DNA of 64,000 nucleotides from Stegostoma tigrinum (Eukaryota). Below, piece by piece: positions 36,825 through 48,530 of the stretch (position 1 is the first letter of the stretch; each line of letters begins with the position of its first letter). Under the pieces are notes generated by a model. The model did not search any database, was not told where the DNA came from, and saw nothing but the letters and a program-made list of their open reading frames with translations. The DNA lies in assembly GCF_030684315.1 (NCBI RefSeq), contig NC_081354.1, positions 66,402,685 to 66,466,684 of the forward strand. Reading direction: 5' to 3'. The position numbers and the translations under genes were made by a program.

Positions 36825-38697
36825 TGTTTAAAATTGGTTACTGCGTTTCATCAACAACCATTATTATTGCATCATGCAACGACCAAATGATAGGAAGTGA
36901 TCCAGATAGATTTTAATCTACTTTCATCAAACAATTTCAATGCTTTCCAGGCAGCTTTTCTAGCTCACTAATATAGCTCGAAACAAACTGATTGTTGGAT
37001 ATTTTTCATTATTTCTAATTTGCAAAAGTTGTCAATGAGAAAGTTAGCTAGAAGTCATAATTATAAAGAGATTGCTTATGTTTACACTCCTGTGAAATAA
37101 TTAGCTTTTATTGATTTTGCGAATAAATCATATAACAAGATTTTGCATACGTTAATGCAAAGTAGTTTTGTAATTAGAGGTTGAAAATCATGCCCCATGG
37201 GTTCATAAACAATGCAGGAGACAGCAAGCAGGAATCCACAAGTGGGTTTTGTATTGAAATTAGGATCAGGTGGTATTTGTTAATTCAAACGTAATCTGTA
37301 CATTAATCTCCTATACATATTATAAGAAACATGTTGATATTACAGGTAGCATTTTTGTCTTTGGAGTGACCAAGCTATTTAATGTCACCCTGGCTGCTAT
37401 TAAAGCTCTCCACGCAAACGCAGTTGGGAGATTTATTGGTGCCTCCTGAGTCTACAGCACTAGTTATTTTGAACTGAAATTGCATTACATCATATTAGAG
37501 TTGAGCATGTGGCATTTGTTACAGCTGGTACCTTGTCGTACATTCCATCAGCGACAGAATGTGGCACAACATTAGGGTTGTTTGATATAGTTCTCCATCA
37601 CCAATCCACCTTTATCTGTGTTGTCTCTAGGATTTTTCTAATGATCAGCGGTGAAGAATAAACCACTGCGGATTCTTTAAAGAAAAGGCACTTGTCTTTA
37701 TTCAACATGTTTTCTTGCAATCAATTTAATGTGAAACTTTCTTTTAAACGAGTTGTATTGAATGAAACCATTTCAAGAAATATACATGGAATTTTAACAG
37801 CATTTTAAGAAGGAATTAAATATAATTTTTTTACTATTTAAGGAGCCAACTCACTGGTCTAATTGTAGCAAGAATATTGAATATTTTTCCTTCAAAAAAT
37901 CATTGCAAAGGGGGAAAAATTACTGTATTTACTTTACATCAGATTTCAAAAGTGATTTTTGTACTCACATTCAAAATTTTGTGATTAAAAATTGAACAGA
38001 AGGAATCTTCCTCACTCCCATAATGATAAATTGAAAATTGTACAAAAATGTTGAGAAACTTGTACAGTATTAATCTATCACACAGTTGTAGTGTTAAATA
38101 TAAGTTTTTTTTTAATATGTCTGGTGGAGACCTTTACACATTGGACACTGAATGTGAATAATTTCTCAATAATTTATTTTAATAGCCAAAAAACTGTACA
38201 GCTCAGAATCCAAAATTCCAATCTGCTGTCTTGGTAGGTAGGGTTCATCATTGGGAACACAACATTGGATAATCATTCCTACAGTCTAGAATTTCTGACC
38301 CTTTGTCTGAATCTCACTCATAATGACATTATAAAATTACTAAATTACAGACAGAGAGAAAACCATTAGCCTTTTTAGTTATGTTTAAAATGGTTATTGA
38401 AAGCTTGCATAGTTACAAGTAAAGGGTTACACTTCTATGATCTAGGAGCATTAAATCTGCTTCATGTAATCGTCTTTGTTAGGTTTTGTTTTATTAGGTA
38501 ATTATTCTTGCATTTTGGAGTATTTGAGGATAGAATTTATCTTGTGTTTTAGCTTTGGAATAATTCATGGTTTTCCAGTACTGTCACCAAATTTTTAAAA
38601 AAGTTAGTTAGCCTAAAAAAGGTATTGACTGCATTAGTGAAAAGTTTTGTAATGTTAGGATTTTCACCAGCCAGCTAGACAGCTAACAAACCGAGGG

Positions 38698-40683
38698 TAA
38701 TAAAACGTGAGGCTGGATGAACACAGCAGGCCCAGCAGCATCTCAGGAGCACAAAAGCTGACGTTTCGGGCCTAGACCCTTCATCAGAGAGGGGGATGGG
38801 GTGAGGGTTCTGGAATAAATAGGGAGAGAGGGGGAGGCGGACCGAAGATGGAGAGAAAAGAAGATAGGTGGAGGGGAGAGTATAGGTGGAGAGGTGGGGA
38901 GGGGATAGGTCAGTCCAGGGAAGACGGACAGGTCAAGGAGGTGGGATGAGGTTAGTAGGTAGGAGATGGAGGTGCGGCTGGGGTGGGAGGAAGGGATGGG
39001 TGAGAGGACGAACAGGTTAGGCAAGCAGAGACAGGTTGGACTGGTTTTGGGATGCAGTGGGTGGAGGGGAAAAGCTGGGCTGGTTGTGTGGTGCAGTGGG
39101 GGGAGGGGACGAACTGGGCTGGTTTTGGGATGCAGTGGGGGAAGGGGAGATTTTGAAGCTGGTGAAGTCCACATTGATACCATTGGGCTGCAGGGTTCCC
39201 AAGCGGAATATGAGTTGCTGTTCCTGCAACCTTCGGGTGGCATCATTGTGGCACTGCAGGAGGCCCATGATGGACATGTCATCTAAAGAATGGGAGGGGG
39301 AGTGGAAATGGTTTGCAACTGGGAGGTGCAGTTGTTTATTGCGAACCGAGCGGAGGTGTTCCGCAAAGCGGTCCCCAAGCCTCCGCTTGGTTTCCCAATG
39401 TCGAGGTAGCCACACCGGGTACAGTGGATGCAGTATGTCACATTGGCAGATATGCAGGTGAACCTCTGCTTAATGTGGAAAGTCATCTTGGGGCCTGCGA
39501 TAGGGGTGAGGGAGGAGGTGTGGGGGCAAGTGTACCATTTCCTGCGGTTGCAGGGGAAGGTGCCGGGTGTGGTGGGGTTGGAGGGCATTGTGGATCGAAC
39601 AAGGGAGTCACGGAGAGAGTGGTCTCTCCAGAAAGCAGACAGGGGTGGGGATGGAAAAATGTCCTGGGTGGTGGGGTCGGATTGTAGATGGCGGAAGTGT
39701 CGGAGGATGATGCGTTGTATCCGGCAGTTGGTGGGGTGGTGTGTGAGAACGAGGGGGATCCTCTTTGGGCAGTTGTGGCTGGGGCGGGGTGTGAGGGATG
39801 TGTTGCGGGAAATGCGGGAGACGCGGTCAAGGGCGTTCTCGACCACTGTGGGGGGAATGTTGCGGTCCTTGAAGAACTTGGACATCTGGGATGTGCGGGA
39901 GTGGAATGCCTCATCGTGGGAGCAGATGCGGCGGAGGTGGAGGAATTGGGAATAGAGAATGGAATTTTTGCAGGAGGGTGGGTGGGAGGAGGTGTATCCT
40001 AGGTAGCTGTGGGAGTCGGTGGCCTTGAAACGCAAACCATTTCCACTCCCCCTCCCATTCTTTAGATGATATGTCCATCATGGGCCTCCTGCAGTGCCAC
40101 AATGATGCCACCTGAAGGTTGCAGGAACAGCAACTCATATTCCGCTTGGGAACCCTGCAGCCCAATGGTATCAATGTGGACTTCACCAGCTTCAAAATCT
40201 CCCCTTCCCCCACCGCATCCCAAAAATCAGCCCAGTTCGTCTCCTCCCCCCACTGCACCACACAACCAGCCCAGCTCTTCCCCTCCACCCACTGTTTCCC
40301 AAAACCAGTCCAACCTGTCTCTGCCTCCCTAACCTGTTCTTCCTCCCACCCATCCCTTCCTCCCACCCCAAGCCGCACCCCCATCTCCTACCTACTAACC
40401 TCATCCCACCTCCTTGACCTGTCCGTCTTCCCTGGACTGACCTATCCCCTCCCTACCTTCCCACCTATACTCTCCTCTCCACCTATCTTCTTTTCTCTCC
40501 ATCTTTGGTCCGTCTCCCCCTCTCTCCCTGTTTATTCCAGAACCCTCACCCGATCCCCCTCTCTGATGAAGGGTCTAGGCCCGAAACGTCAGCTTTTGTG
40601 CTCCTGAGATGCTGCGTTCATCCAGCCTCACATTTTATTATCTTGGATTCTCCAGCATCTGCAGTTCCCATTATCACTGATAC
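38698..40683 (-). mobile_element. Young Penelope-like element with a large inverted duplication: RT C-terminus/GIY-YIG arm (-, 38698-40032) and inverted 3' arm (+, 40033-40683)
   Basis: ORF 39283-40035 DSHSYLGYTSSHPPSCKNSILYSQF...FTCISANVTYCIHCTRCG and ORF 39017-39415 ETKRRLGDRFAEHLRS..GTLQPNGIN; 38698-39317 mirrors 40033-40640; acaaacc on both flanks. Confidence 0.95.
40563..40592 (+). ncRNA. Minimal type I hammerhead ribozyme motif in the pLTR; matching cores at 38760-38787 (-), 43878-43905 (+) and 45704-45731 (-)
   Basis: CTGATGA a GGGT CTAG GCCC GAAA C GTC^ag: intact CUGANGA and GAAA boxes, stem II, palindromic ACGU in place of stem III, GUC cleavage triplet. Confidence 0.75.
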
Positions 40684-41259
40684 AAACCACCTAGGGTGTT
40701 GTTTTTCCTGAGGGCCCAGTCAGCCACAGGCCAGCTGGGAATCAGGCAGCAGTGAGGCCAGCTGCATGCCTACTCATTCAATTGAGACCCCAGAGATGGA
40801 AATGTCACTTAATGACAGTTGCCAGCTAGTCAGGCCTGCAACTGTTGTAGTTGGCAAAAGGACATGGGTGCCACCAAATGGACACCCAACCTTAGCTTTC
40901 AGAGTCCCAGGATCACAAATGATTCAGGCCACAGCTAAATGCTGTTGCGTTGGGATTGGGTGGCGATTGTTGGAGAGGGAGGAATGGGTGGTTCGAAGCC
41001 AGGTCGGATGATAGGCTATAACCATCATATCTCTTCCTGATGGTCAGTCTCTTGTTCTGACTCTAATTGCCATTGATCATCGGATCCTATTCTCCTCTCC
41101 CAGTAGCAGTCTACACAGTCTGTCCTGTGATAAGTTTGCCACATGGCAATGGGACAGAGGCAGAATGATCAGGGTTTTAAGTGGTCCTTACTTGTTGCTA
41201 ATTAAATGTTTTTCTGTTTGTAAATCCACTTTCTCAGATACAGATGTGTTAATGTGAAA

Positions 41260-41288
41260 TGTGTGTGTGTGAGAGAGAGAGAGAGAGA
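41260..41288. repeat. Compound (TG)n(AG)n microsatellite
   Basis: Visible directly. Confidence 0.85.
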
Positions 41289-41347
41289 AACTCATATCCA
41301 ATGTCATGTTCTTTATCCCTGAATATGTTAAGATTACATTTTGATCC

Positions 41348-42015
41348 AAGATGACAGCAGAGTGAAACTATCCAGCTGGATCTCCTCTGCTCTCCCTGTT
41401 CTTTTTCTTTATTTCTCTGTTTCTCAAACTTTCAACTTTTACTCACTGGAGGCAAATAGCAGTGAGAAAGGGCAGCCACCTAGGCGGCAGCAAGTCAAGG
41501 CAAGGCCCAGGCCAGGTCAGTATAGAAGTAGCGAGTCAAGGCAAACACTAGAGGCAAGGTCCAGGCCAGGCCGATGTGGAGGCAGCAAGCCCAGGCCAGG
41601 CCAGCATGGAGACAGTGAGCTCAGATGAGTCCCAGAGACAAGGCCCAGGCCCGGCCGTCACAGAGACGGTGAGTCCGGGCGAGTCTTGGAGACGAGTGGA
41701 ACAGAGGCCAGTGCTGGCATAGTGGTGAGTCCCTTCGGTGCTGCAAGTGAGGCCTTCAGGATCGATGCCCAGCATCTCCCATACACTTGACCCGGTGGTC
41801 TGAAAGCTGGCATGGACTTGGTTAAAAGACTACAGTTGAGTACTTTTTAAAAGAAAGCTTCTTTATCCTTTATTCTTATGCTGAACTTTTATTTATGATT
41901 CTCTCAAGTCTGTAACACATACTTACCCTGTACCTAAGATGGTGCCAAGAGGCAACATTACAAACTTTCACTGTGCTCATTTGTGAGAATGTGACTATAA
42001 AGGCTAATTCTAATT
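41348..42015 (+). mobile_element. Non-autonomous retroposon with Rex-Babar-like 3' tail and an internal GC-rich minisatellite
   Basis: Tail ctttcactgtgctc..atgtgactataaaggctaattctaat; repeated gcaaggcccaggccaggcc units at ~41495-41655; related to 45950-46450. Confidence 0.5.
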
Positions 42016-42289
42016 GACCATACATGAAAGGATCAGTACAAAATACTAATGATTAACCTGTAAAGGTTTATATTCTGAGTGCCAATGGACTGTACTGTGA
42101 CATCTTAAAGAATCCAACCAAAACATTTTACTCAGCACTATATTCATTTCATGCTTTATGCAAATTTTTTTCAATTGCCTTTCACTCGATGTCCTCAAAC
42201 TTCAAGCCTGTGAGACTGCTGATTCTGATCCTCACTCTTGACATTCCATAGCATTACTATCACTGACTGGTAACCCCTCGGATTTTGAC

Positions 42290-42490
42290 AGCAGGGCATT
42301 GTCCAGAAATTGATCCATAAAGATACTGCGGGTACAACAGCAGATCAGAGACTAGGAATTTTAAAGCAATTAACTCACCTTCTAACTCAGTAAAGTCTGT
42401 CCACTGTCTATAAAGCACAAGTCAGGAGTATGATAGAATATTCTCTGCTTGGCTGGATAAATGCAGCCTCACAGCACTCGAAGCTCATCC
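42290..42490 (+). mobile_element. L2-like LINE fragment
   Basis: ctgtccactgtctataaagcacaagtcaggagtatgatagaatattct (LSTVYKAQVRSMIEYS). Confidence 0.7.
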
Positions 42491-42769
42491 ATTTTCTTGT
42501 TGCACAGGTTGCAACAACCTTGAAACTATTTGCCAGATGTGAGGGCCAAGGCTGCTGTACTACTAGATTTCCCTTACTGCCTCACTTGTAGTCACATCCT
42601 CCTGTCCCTGATGACTGACCAAATTGGAAGACCCTGTGCTATGGGATGCAGTAGCTTCCTGGAACAAAATGACCAGGAAACTCTCCCTCTTCCTAATATC
42701 ACAGTTTGATGGCCATGGTTGAGGAGTAGGGATGGTGGAGTAATGCCTGTGTGGTGTGCAGGGAAAAAA

Positions 42770-43022
42770 AGTGGTTTAGCACTGCTGCCTCACAGCGCCA
42801 GGGACCCAGGTTCATTTCTAGCCACGGGCAACCGTCTGCGTGGGTTTCCTCCGGTTTCATTCCCACAATCCAAAGATGTGCAGGTTAGGTGGATCGGCCA
42901 TGCTAAATTGCCCATAGTGTTCAGGGATGTGTAGATTATAGGGGGATGGGTCTAGGTGGGGTGCTCTGAGAGTCCGTGTGGGCAGAAGGGCCTCTTTCAA
43001 CACTGTAGGGATTCTATGAATT
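42770..43022 (+). mobile_element. HE1 SINE, 5'-truncated with internal deletion
   Basis: gtggtttagcactgctgcctcacagcgccagggaccc...cactgtagggattctatg. Confidence 0.88.
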
Positions 43023-43059
43023 AAGTTTAAAAAAGAAGAAAAATTAGGCAGGATTTGTT

Positions 43060-43620
43060 ACACTCAATTACATGGAAACAGACCATTCAGCCCAACTAGT
43101 TTTTCATAGTAGGATGAGGATACTCATCCTATTGATCTCATTAATGTATTTCAATATATTTTCCTATTACCAATAAAGCTAGTTCAATTTAATTCAGTTT
43201 TCTTCACATATACATCTAGTTTTCTTTTGAAAGTATCTAAGCACTTTACATCAAACAATTCTTTTTGAAGTGAATTCCACATTCTAATCACAATAGGTAA
43301 TTTAGCCGTACTTCCCTATTCGATTTATAATCAACTGTCATGCATTTCTGGCTTCAAGTTTTGAATTATCCTCTAAGTGGAATCATTCTCTCTACATCTA
43401 TCCAGTCCAGCCATTCATAATTTTTTAACACCTGTAATAAAAAACTTTAAAGTCATTTCTTCTTGAAAACAAAACAATGGTATGATGGGTGAAGTTTCTC
43501 CCCTCTAGTTTCTGCAGTGCCTTCTGTTCATTCTTATAGTATATGCAATAGATCTGCACACAATTTTGAAAGTGCAAGCTGACCAAGGGTCCTATCCAAA
43601 TTTCACTTAATTCCACTACT
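43060..43620 (-). mobile_element. Old CR1 3' fragment
   Basis: ggaaacagaccattcagccc reverse tail; reverse-strand GPLVSLHFQNCVQ (LVRPHLEYCVQ-like). Confidence 0.55.
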
Positions 43621-43871
43621 TTTGAATTTTACAGCCTTAGAAGTAATTGAGAGGATGGAATATTACAGACACCTGAGTTGGTGGGCTATGGTGAGATTTG
43701 TGGCAGAATTGGACATGAAGCCTGGCAAGACCCAACTCAACATCTGGAGCATTGCACTCCATTCTTTATGTTTTTTACAAGCAGCTTGGCAAGTTTCTCA
43801 TTTGGGACTTGCCAGTCAATAGGTGTGATTACTTTTCAAATGTCTTAAAGGCTCAACTCACCTAATTAATA

Positions 43872-43967
43872 AGCTCTCTGATGAAGGGTCCAGGCCCGAA
43901 ACGTCAGCTTTTGTGCTCCTGAGATGCTGCTGGGCCTGCTGTGTTCACCCAGCCTCACATTTTATTA
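43872..43967 (+). mobile_element. 96-bp Penelope pLTR mini-element with an intact hammerhead core and 14-bp TSD
   Basis: TSD tcacctaattaata at 43858-43871 and 43968-43981; CTGATGA..GAAACGTC at 43878-43905; lacks the ~35-nt 3' tail. Confidence 0.9.
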
Positions 43968-44932
43968 TCACCTAATTAATATTCCACTTTGCACTGCCTA
44001 CCAGTCCCACCAAAGAAGCTACATGTTGAGATAACTCAACATAGAAATCCATGCACATACTTCCCCATTTATCTCACCACGTTCTCCAAATGACCTCCAT
44101 GTTATGTATAACCAACAGGGCATGATCAACAGGCTCCAGCCTCATGCAACCCTTGTCCACAAACATTGGAATCTGACCTCTGCCAGTCCCTCACAACCAT
44201 CTGGCCACCTCTCCAATACATTGACAGAGGTCTGTCAAAGCAGAGGCTTGCAGTGCAGGGTGCATTGGGTACTAAGATCGAAAGGCTGCGGCAAGGACAT
44301 GTGTGCATGACTGGCACCCAGTTGAAGGAATGGATCAGACTGCATCTCAGTGCTGCTTGCTTGCTCTCTTAGCGCTCACTCCCTTAATGCATACCTGCTT
44401 GCCATGCCTTGCTCTCACCTTACCTTGCTGTGCCTGTTAATACAGTCACAAAACAAGGCAGTTGTCTTACTGGTCAGCAGTTCTCAGTAAAGGTGGCTAC
44501 ATCTTCCTAATGGCAGTGTGCTAGGTCAATCTTAAGCATGCAACATTTACCAGCAGCTTATGTGACAAATACACTCCATGCGCGGCGAGCAATCAGCCTT
44601 TCATCACCCATCAATTTACTTCACAATTTTCATCCTGCCATCGAGAAGCTGCCTTTTCATCTTCCATACAGTTTAATGCCACTGCCACCCTTGTTTCTCA
44701 GTCCCAGGGATTTCACCAATTTCACTCATTATTTCTGTTTCAACAAAGAAATGACCTGAGCTGATCACTGTTTCCAATACTTTGATTAATTAATTCTGAT
44801 TTATTTCTTTGTTATCTCTAACACGCACTCCAATTCCTCCAAGACTTTTTTCACATAACAGCAACAGAAGCAACACCTCCCCCTTTACATCCTTTCCTTG
44901 CAATATCCAAAGCCTCAAACAGTCCTTACAAG

Positions 44933-45030
44933 TTCTGAAGAAGAGTCAAGACCCAAAACGTCAGATTTCCTGCACCTCTGATGCTGCTTGGCCTGCTGTG
45001 TTCATCCAGCTCTACACCTCGTTATCTCAG
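44933..45030 (+). mobile_element. Penelope pLTR mini-element with a degenerate hammerhead
   Basis: tCTGAAGAagagtcaagacccAAAACGTCag..gtgttcatccagctctacacctcgttatctc; no clear TSD. Confidence 0.8.
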
Positions 45031-45639
45031 TGATTTGCTTGTACTTCTTTCAATTTGATACATGGTGTTCACGGCTCATGGTGTGGCCATTTCTACACAA
45101 GGGGTACTAAGTACAGATTGAGTGACAACTTTGTGGAATATTTCCATTCAGCCAGCGAATGTATTCCTGTCCTTGTAGTCAGGTGCCATTTAAATGTCTT
45201 ATTCTCATTCTGACCTTTCTGTCCTTCGACTCCTGTAGTTTTCCAATAAAGCTTATCACAAACTCAAGGAACTGCATCTCACCTTTCATCTGGTTACTTG
45301 ACAGCATTCTTACACAACATTGCATTCAATAATTTTAGATTGTTATCTCTGCCCTCACTATATTCCCTTTTGCTTTGCTGATTTTTCCCTTTCTCTCAGT
45401 TCTCTTAATTCCCTTTCATTGTTCTTTAGATGATGGTTATTAAGGATCTTGTCTTTCACACTCACTCTCGTTGTATATGTCTTTCTTGTTCCACTACCAT
45501 TACCTCCGTTTGTACCTATGAAAAAGCATCGTCATTTTATCATTCCTGTCTTCCAACTGCTGACACATTTTCCAGTTTGCTCATTATCCCACATTCCCTC
45601 CATTTTCAATTCCTCAAAACCTATTCCATTTCTAACCTT

Positions 45640-45826
45640 GATAACAAGATGTAGAGCTGGATGAACACAGCAGGCCAAGCAGCATCTTCGGAGCAGGAAA
45701 GCTGACGTTTCGGGCCTAGACCCTTCATCAGCTTTCCTGCTCCTCTGATGCTGCTTGGCCTGCTGTGTTCATCCAGCTTTACACCTTGTTATCTCGGATT
45801 CTCCAGCATCCGCAGTTCCTATAATC
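45640..45826 (+). mobile_element. Fold-back Penelope mini-element with 15-bp TSD (one mismatch)
   Basis: tccatttctaacctt at 45625-45639 and tccatttccaacctt at 45827-45841; inverted arm 45640-45731, forward arm from 45728. Confidence 0.88.
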
Positions 45827-45949
45827 TCCATTTCCAACCTTTTCAGTTAAGATGAATGGAACATAGAGCATTAACTCTGTTTCTCTCTCTATGGTCACTG
45901 ACAGACCTGCCAAACATTTTCTGTTTTTGCTAACATTGTTGACTCTCAA

Positions 45950-46450
45950 TCTTTCAAATCATTTATTGTCACATGTATTTAATGTAAAAATGCAGTGAAA
46001 AGTATGTACCTTCGGCGTACATACTTGGCGCCACGCACATTAACTTAGAATAAGGCAAGAAAGAAAGATAACTTAAGAAAGTCCAACCTTCCTTTCCACT
46101 GCCAGAGTCCCACTGCGGGATTTCCAGCCCTCTCTATGCATCCGCCAGCATCCCACTGCAGGCTGCCTCACCGACTCGCTCACGCCAGCCCACTCTTGAT
46201 CCGCCGCTGTCACGACAGCCAACGCTCCATCCGCCGTTCCTGCGGGACACAACACATGCATTCAGCTCTCGCCACGTGATTCCCGGTCGCGACCCGGCTC
46301 CTTCCCACTCCTTAGGTAGGTAGTTAAAAGGAGTAGGGGGTGATAAAATTACAACAGGGGGAAAGACAAGAAGGGAGAAGATAAAGGAAGGAAAAAGAGA
46401 ACCGGTGAGCAAAGTGGAGCTCTGAATGCAGCGACTTACCCTAAAACTCG
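45950..46450 (-). mobile_element. Non-autonomous retroposon with Rex-Babar-like tail
   Basis: Reverse tail cttttcactgcatttt..tacatgtgacaataaatgatttga; CpG-rich body; 5' end gtaagtcgctgcattcagagctcc. Confidence 0.5.
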
Positions 46451-46879
46451 ATATGTATCACACTTCTTGAGCCATGGGTCTTCCTATTTCAATAATCTCC
46501 ATCCTCTTAAAATCTGCTCTTATCGTCCAGAATGTCCCATATGATTTCAAGTTTTGTGTCATCTGTCAACATGAAATTAAGCCCTTTATACCCAAATCTA
46601 GGTCACGTGTCTATTTTAGATTTATGAAATTTTCACTCTCACCATGTTGTCAGGATTTATATCAGTTCTGTGCAAGTATAATGCTTCTCCTGGATAGGAC
46701 GCAAATGGAAAAATAAAAAAACAGGCAGAAAGGATTCGGCACTTAATAGTTTTAAAGAATAACTAATGCTGTTGGAGACTTTTAAAGCCACCCAGAGGCA
46801 TTGAGAAATTACAAAAGCAAAATATCATGAAGTATAAACATAAATAATAAAGTGCCTTACAGACAAATGAAAAATAAAA

Positions 46880-46990
46880 TATGAACAAAAACAAAAATTG
46901 CTGGAAATTCTCAGCAGATCTGGTCGCATCTATGGAGAGAAAACAGAGCTAATGTTTCAGGTCCAGTGATCCTCCTTAAGAATTTCAGAA
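46880..46990 (-). mobile_element. Old Penelope pLTR fragment
   Basis: aacaaaaattgctggaaattctcagcagatctgg..ggagagaaaacagagctaatgtttcaggtccagtgatcc. Confidence 0.6.
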
Positions 46991-47934
46991 CAGAAAATAA
47001 TGTAGGGACAGGACAATTAAAGGATGCAACACAAGAAAAGAGATTGCAGTCTGGCAAATTAACTTTAAATTGGACAAAATGTGCTGATGTGCTTCAGTTA
47101 AAAAGAAAAATCAACTCAATCTTAGAAAATGAGAATCTAAATGCAGACAAAAGTAATGGGAGGCAAGGATACCCATGAACAAATTCTTAAAAGCAGCCAT
47201 TCGGATCAGCAAAACAATGACTAATTTTAACGAGTACATTGGACTGAATCTTCTGTTAAAACCCAAAGTGAATGGCTGCCTGCGGCCAAACCCCAGCTTT
47301 TGTTTTGGGCTGGAAGCGCAGCAAGTGAGAAGCATGACCGTATGTCTTTGGGGAGTTGTCATCAGGCTGTCAAGGGTCTCAACAGTGTAAGTCTGCGGTA
47401 ATCTCCCATGTTAGTTATTGACAGTTGTATTCATTTGCAATAAGTTCATATTTATTGGAAATGGTTTTTCAATAACTGGTTGTTTAGTTGGAAAAAACCT
47501 GACCTGCTAAGAGGAATATTCAATGGAATTTTCACTGACTGAATTGATTAACAGCTTTATAAAAATACTTGCAAGAGTGAGTTTCAATGGGTGATTCTTT
47601 TTATTCAGCCTGTATTTCAAAGATTTGCCAGAATTATTACGTGGCTCATTAGCTGTTAATGCAAGACAGCTACAAATCATCTGCAGATATCAGGACATTA
47701 AATCAATGTTGAAATCAAACGACAGGGTGTGCCCGACAAACAGGTATACCTGTTTTTCTGTACTTTAGAACAAGAGGACTTCATCCATTGGATAAAGGAC
47801 TCTAAAGCATTTGAGCCCTTTCACTATACTGGTTAATTTAATGGTCTCCTAATAACCCATATGATCAATCACTGCAGTGAGTGCATGCTTAAATCATCAA
47901 ATATTATTTTCCAGTACTTAAATAAAATGAGAGT

Positions 47935-48290
47935 ACAAAATGACCAGAGGTATGGATAGAGTGGACAGCCAGAGACGTTTTCCTAGGGTGGAGGTGGCTA
48001 CTATGAGGGGACATAGTATTAAAGTGAGTGGAGTTAGATATAGGAGAGATGTCAGAGCTAGGTTCTTTACTCAGAGAGTGGTAGGGGTGTGGGATGCATT
48101 GCTGGAGAGGGTAGTGGAGTCGGCCTCATTAGGAGCAGTTAAGCGGCTATTATGTAGGCATATGGATGATAGTATAAGGTAGGGGTGGAGGTTAGATAGA
48201 TATTAGGTTTAGGGTAAAAGTTCAGCACAACATTGTGGGCTGTAGGGCCTGTACTTTGCTGTACTGTTCTATGTTCCATGTTATAAATAA
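47935..48290 (+). mobile_element. CR1 3' fragment
   Basis: ORF 47940-48182 RGMDRVDSQRRFPR..RFFTQRVVGVW; tail ctgttctatgttccatg. Confidence 0.92.
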
Positions 48291-48530
48291 ACTAAGATCA
48301 TTTCAGTGAACATTGAGCCATGATCGGCTATGGTTTTTGACCCAATGAAAATGGTGGGCAGTGGGAATCAGAGGTGAGATTTAAAAATACAGCTCCAATT
48401 GCCTCCTGTTTTGTACTGTCAAGGTAGGTCTGCCCAGCAGCAGGAGGAAAATAACAAAAATCAGCCCTTGATTTTCCTTCATTTCTTTCAAGATCAGCTT
48501 ATGCCACCCTATACGAAGTAAAAATGAAAG

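Larger units (their letters stand above)
44810..45935 (+). mobile_element. Old Penelope GIY-YIG/pLTR remnant hosting two younger pLTR insertions
   Basis: aatatccaaagcctcaaacagtcctt..tttgcttgtacttctttcaatttg..agattgagtgacaactttgtggaa (FTCTS.NL..RL.D.F.EH-like); pLTR at ~45845-45935. Confidence 0.6.

Noticed and set aside
41495-41655. CRISPR-like repeat-spacer array
   Set aside because: Degenerate units of uneven length inside a eukaryotic retroposon; no cas genes.
47217-47250. SECIS element (ATGA...GA)
   Set aside because: Helix II length and apical AA spacing do not fit, and there is no selenoprotein context.
47740-47835. LF-SINE-like 3' tail (tacctgtt..agaggacttca..cctttcac)
   Set aside because: The similarity is short, gapped and from memory only; it needs a profile search.
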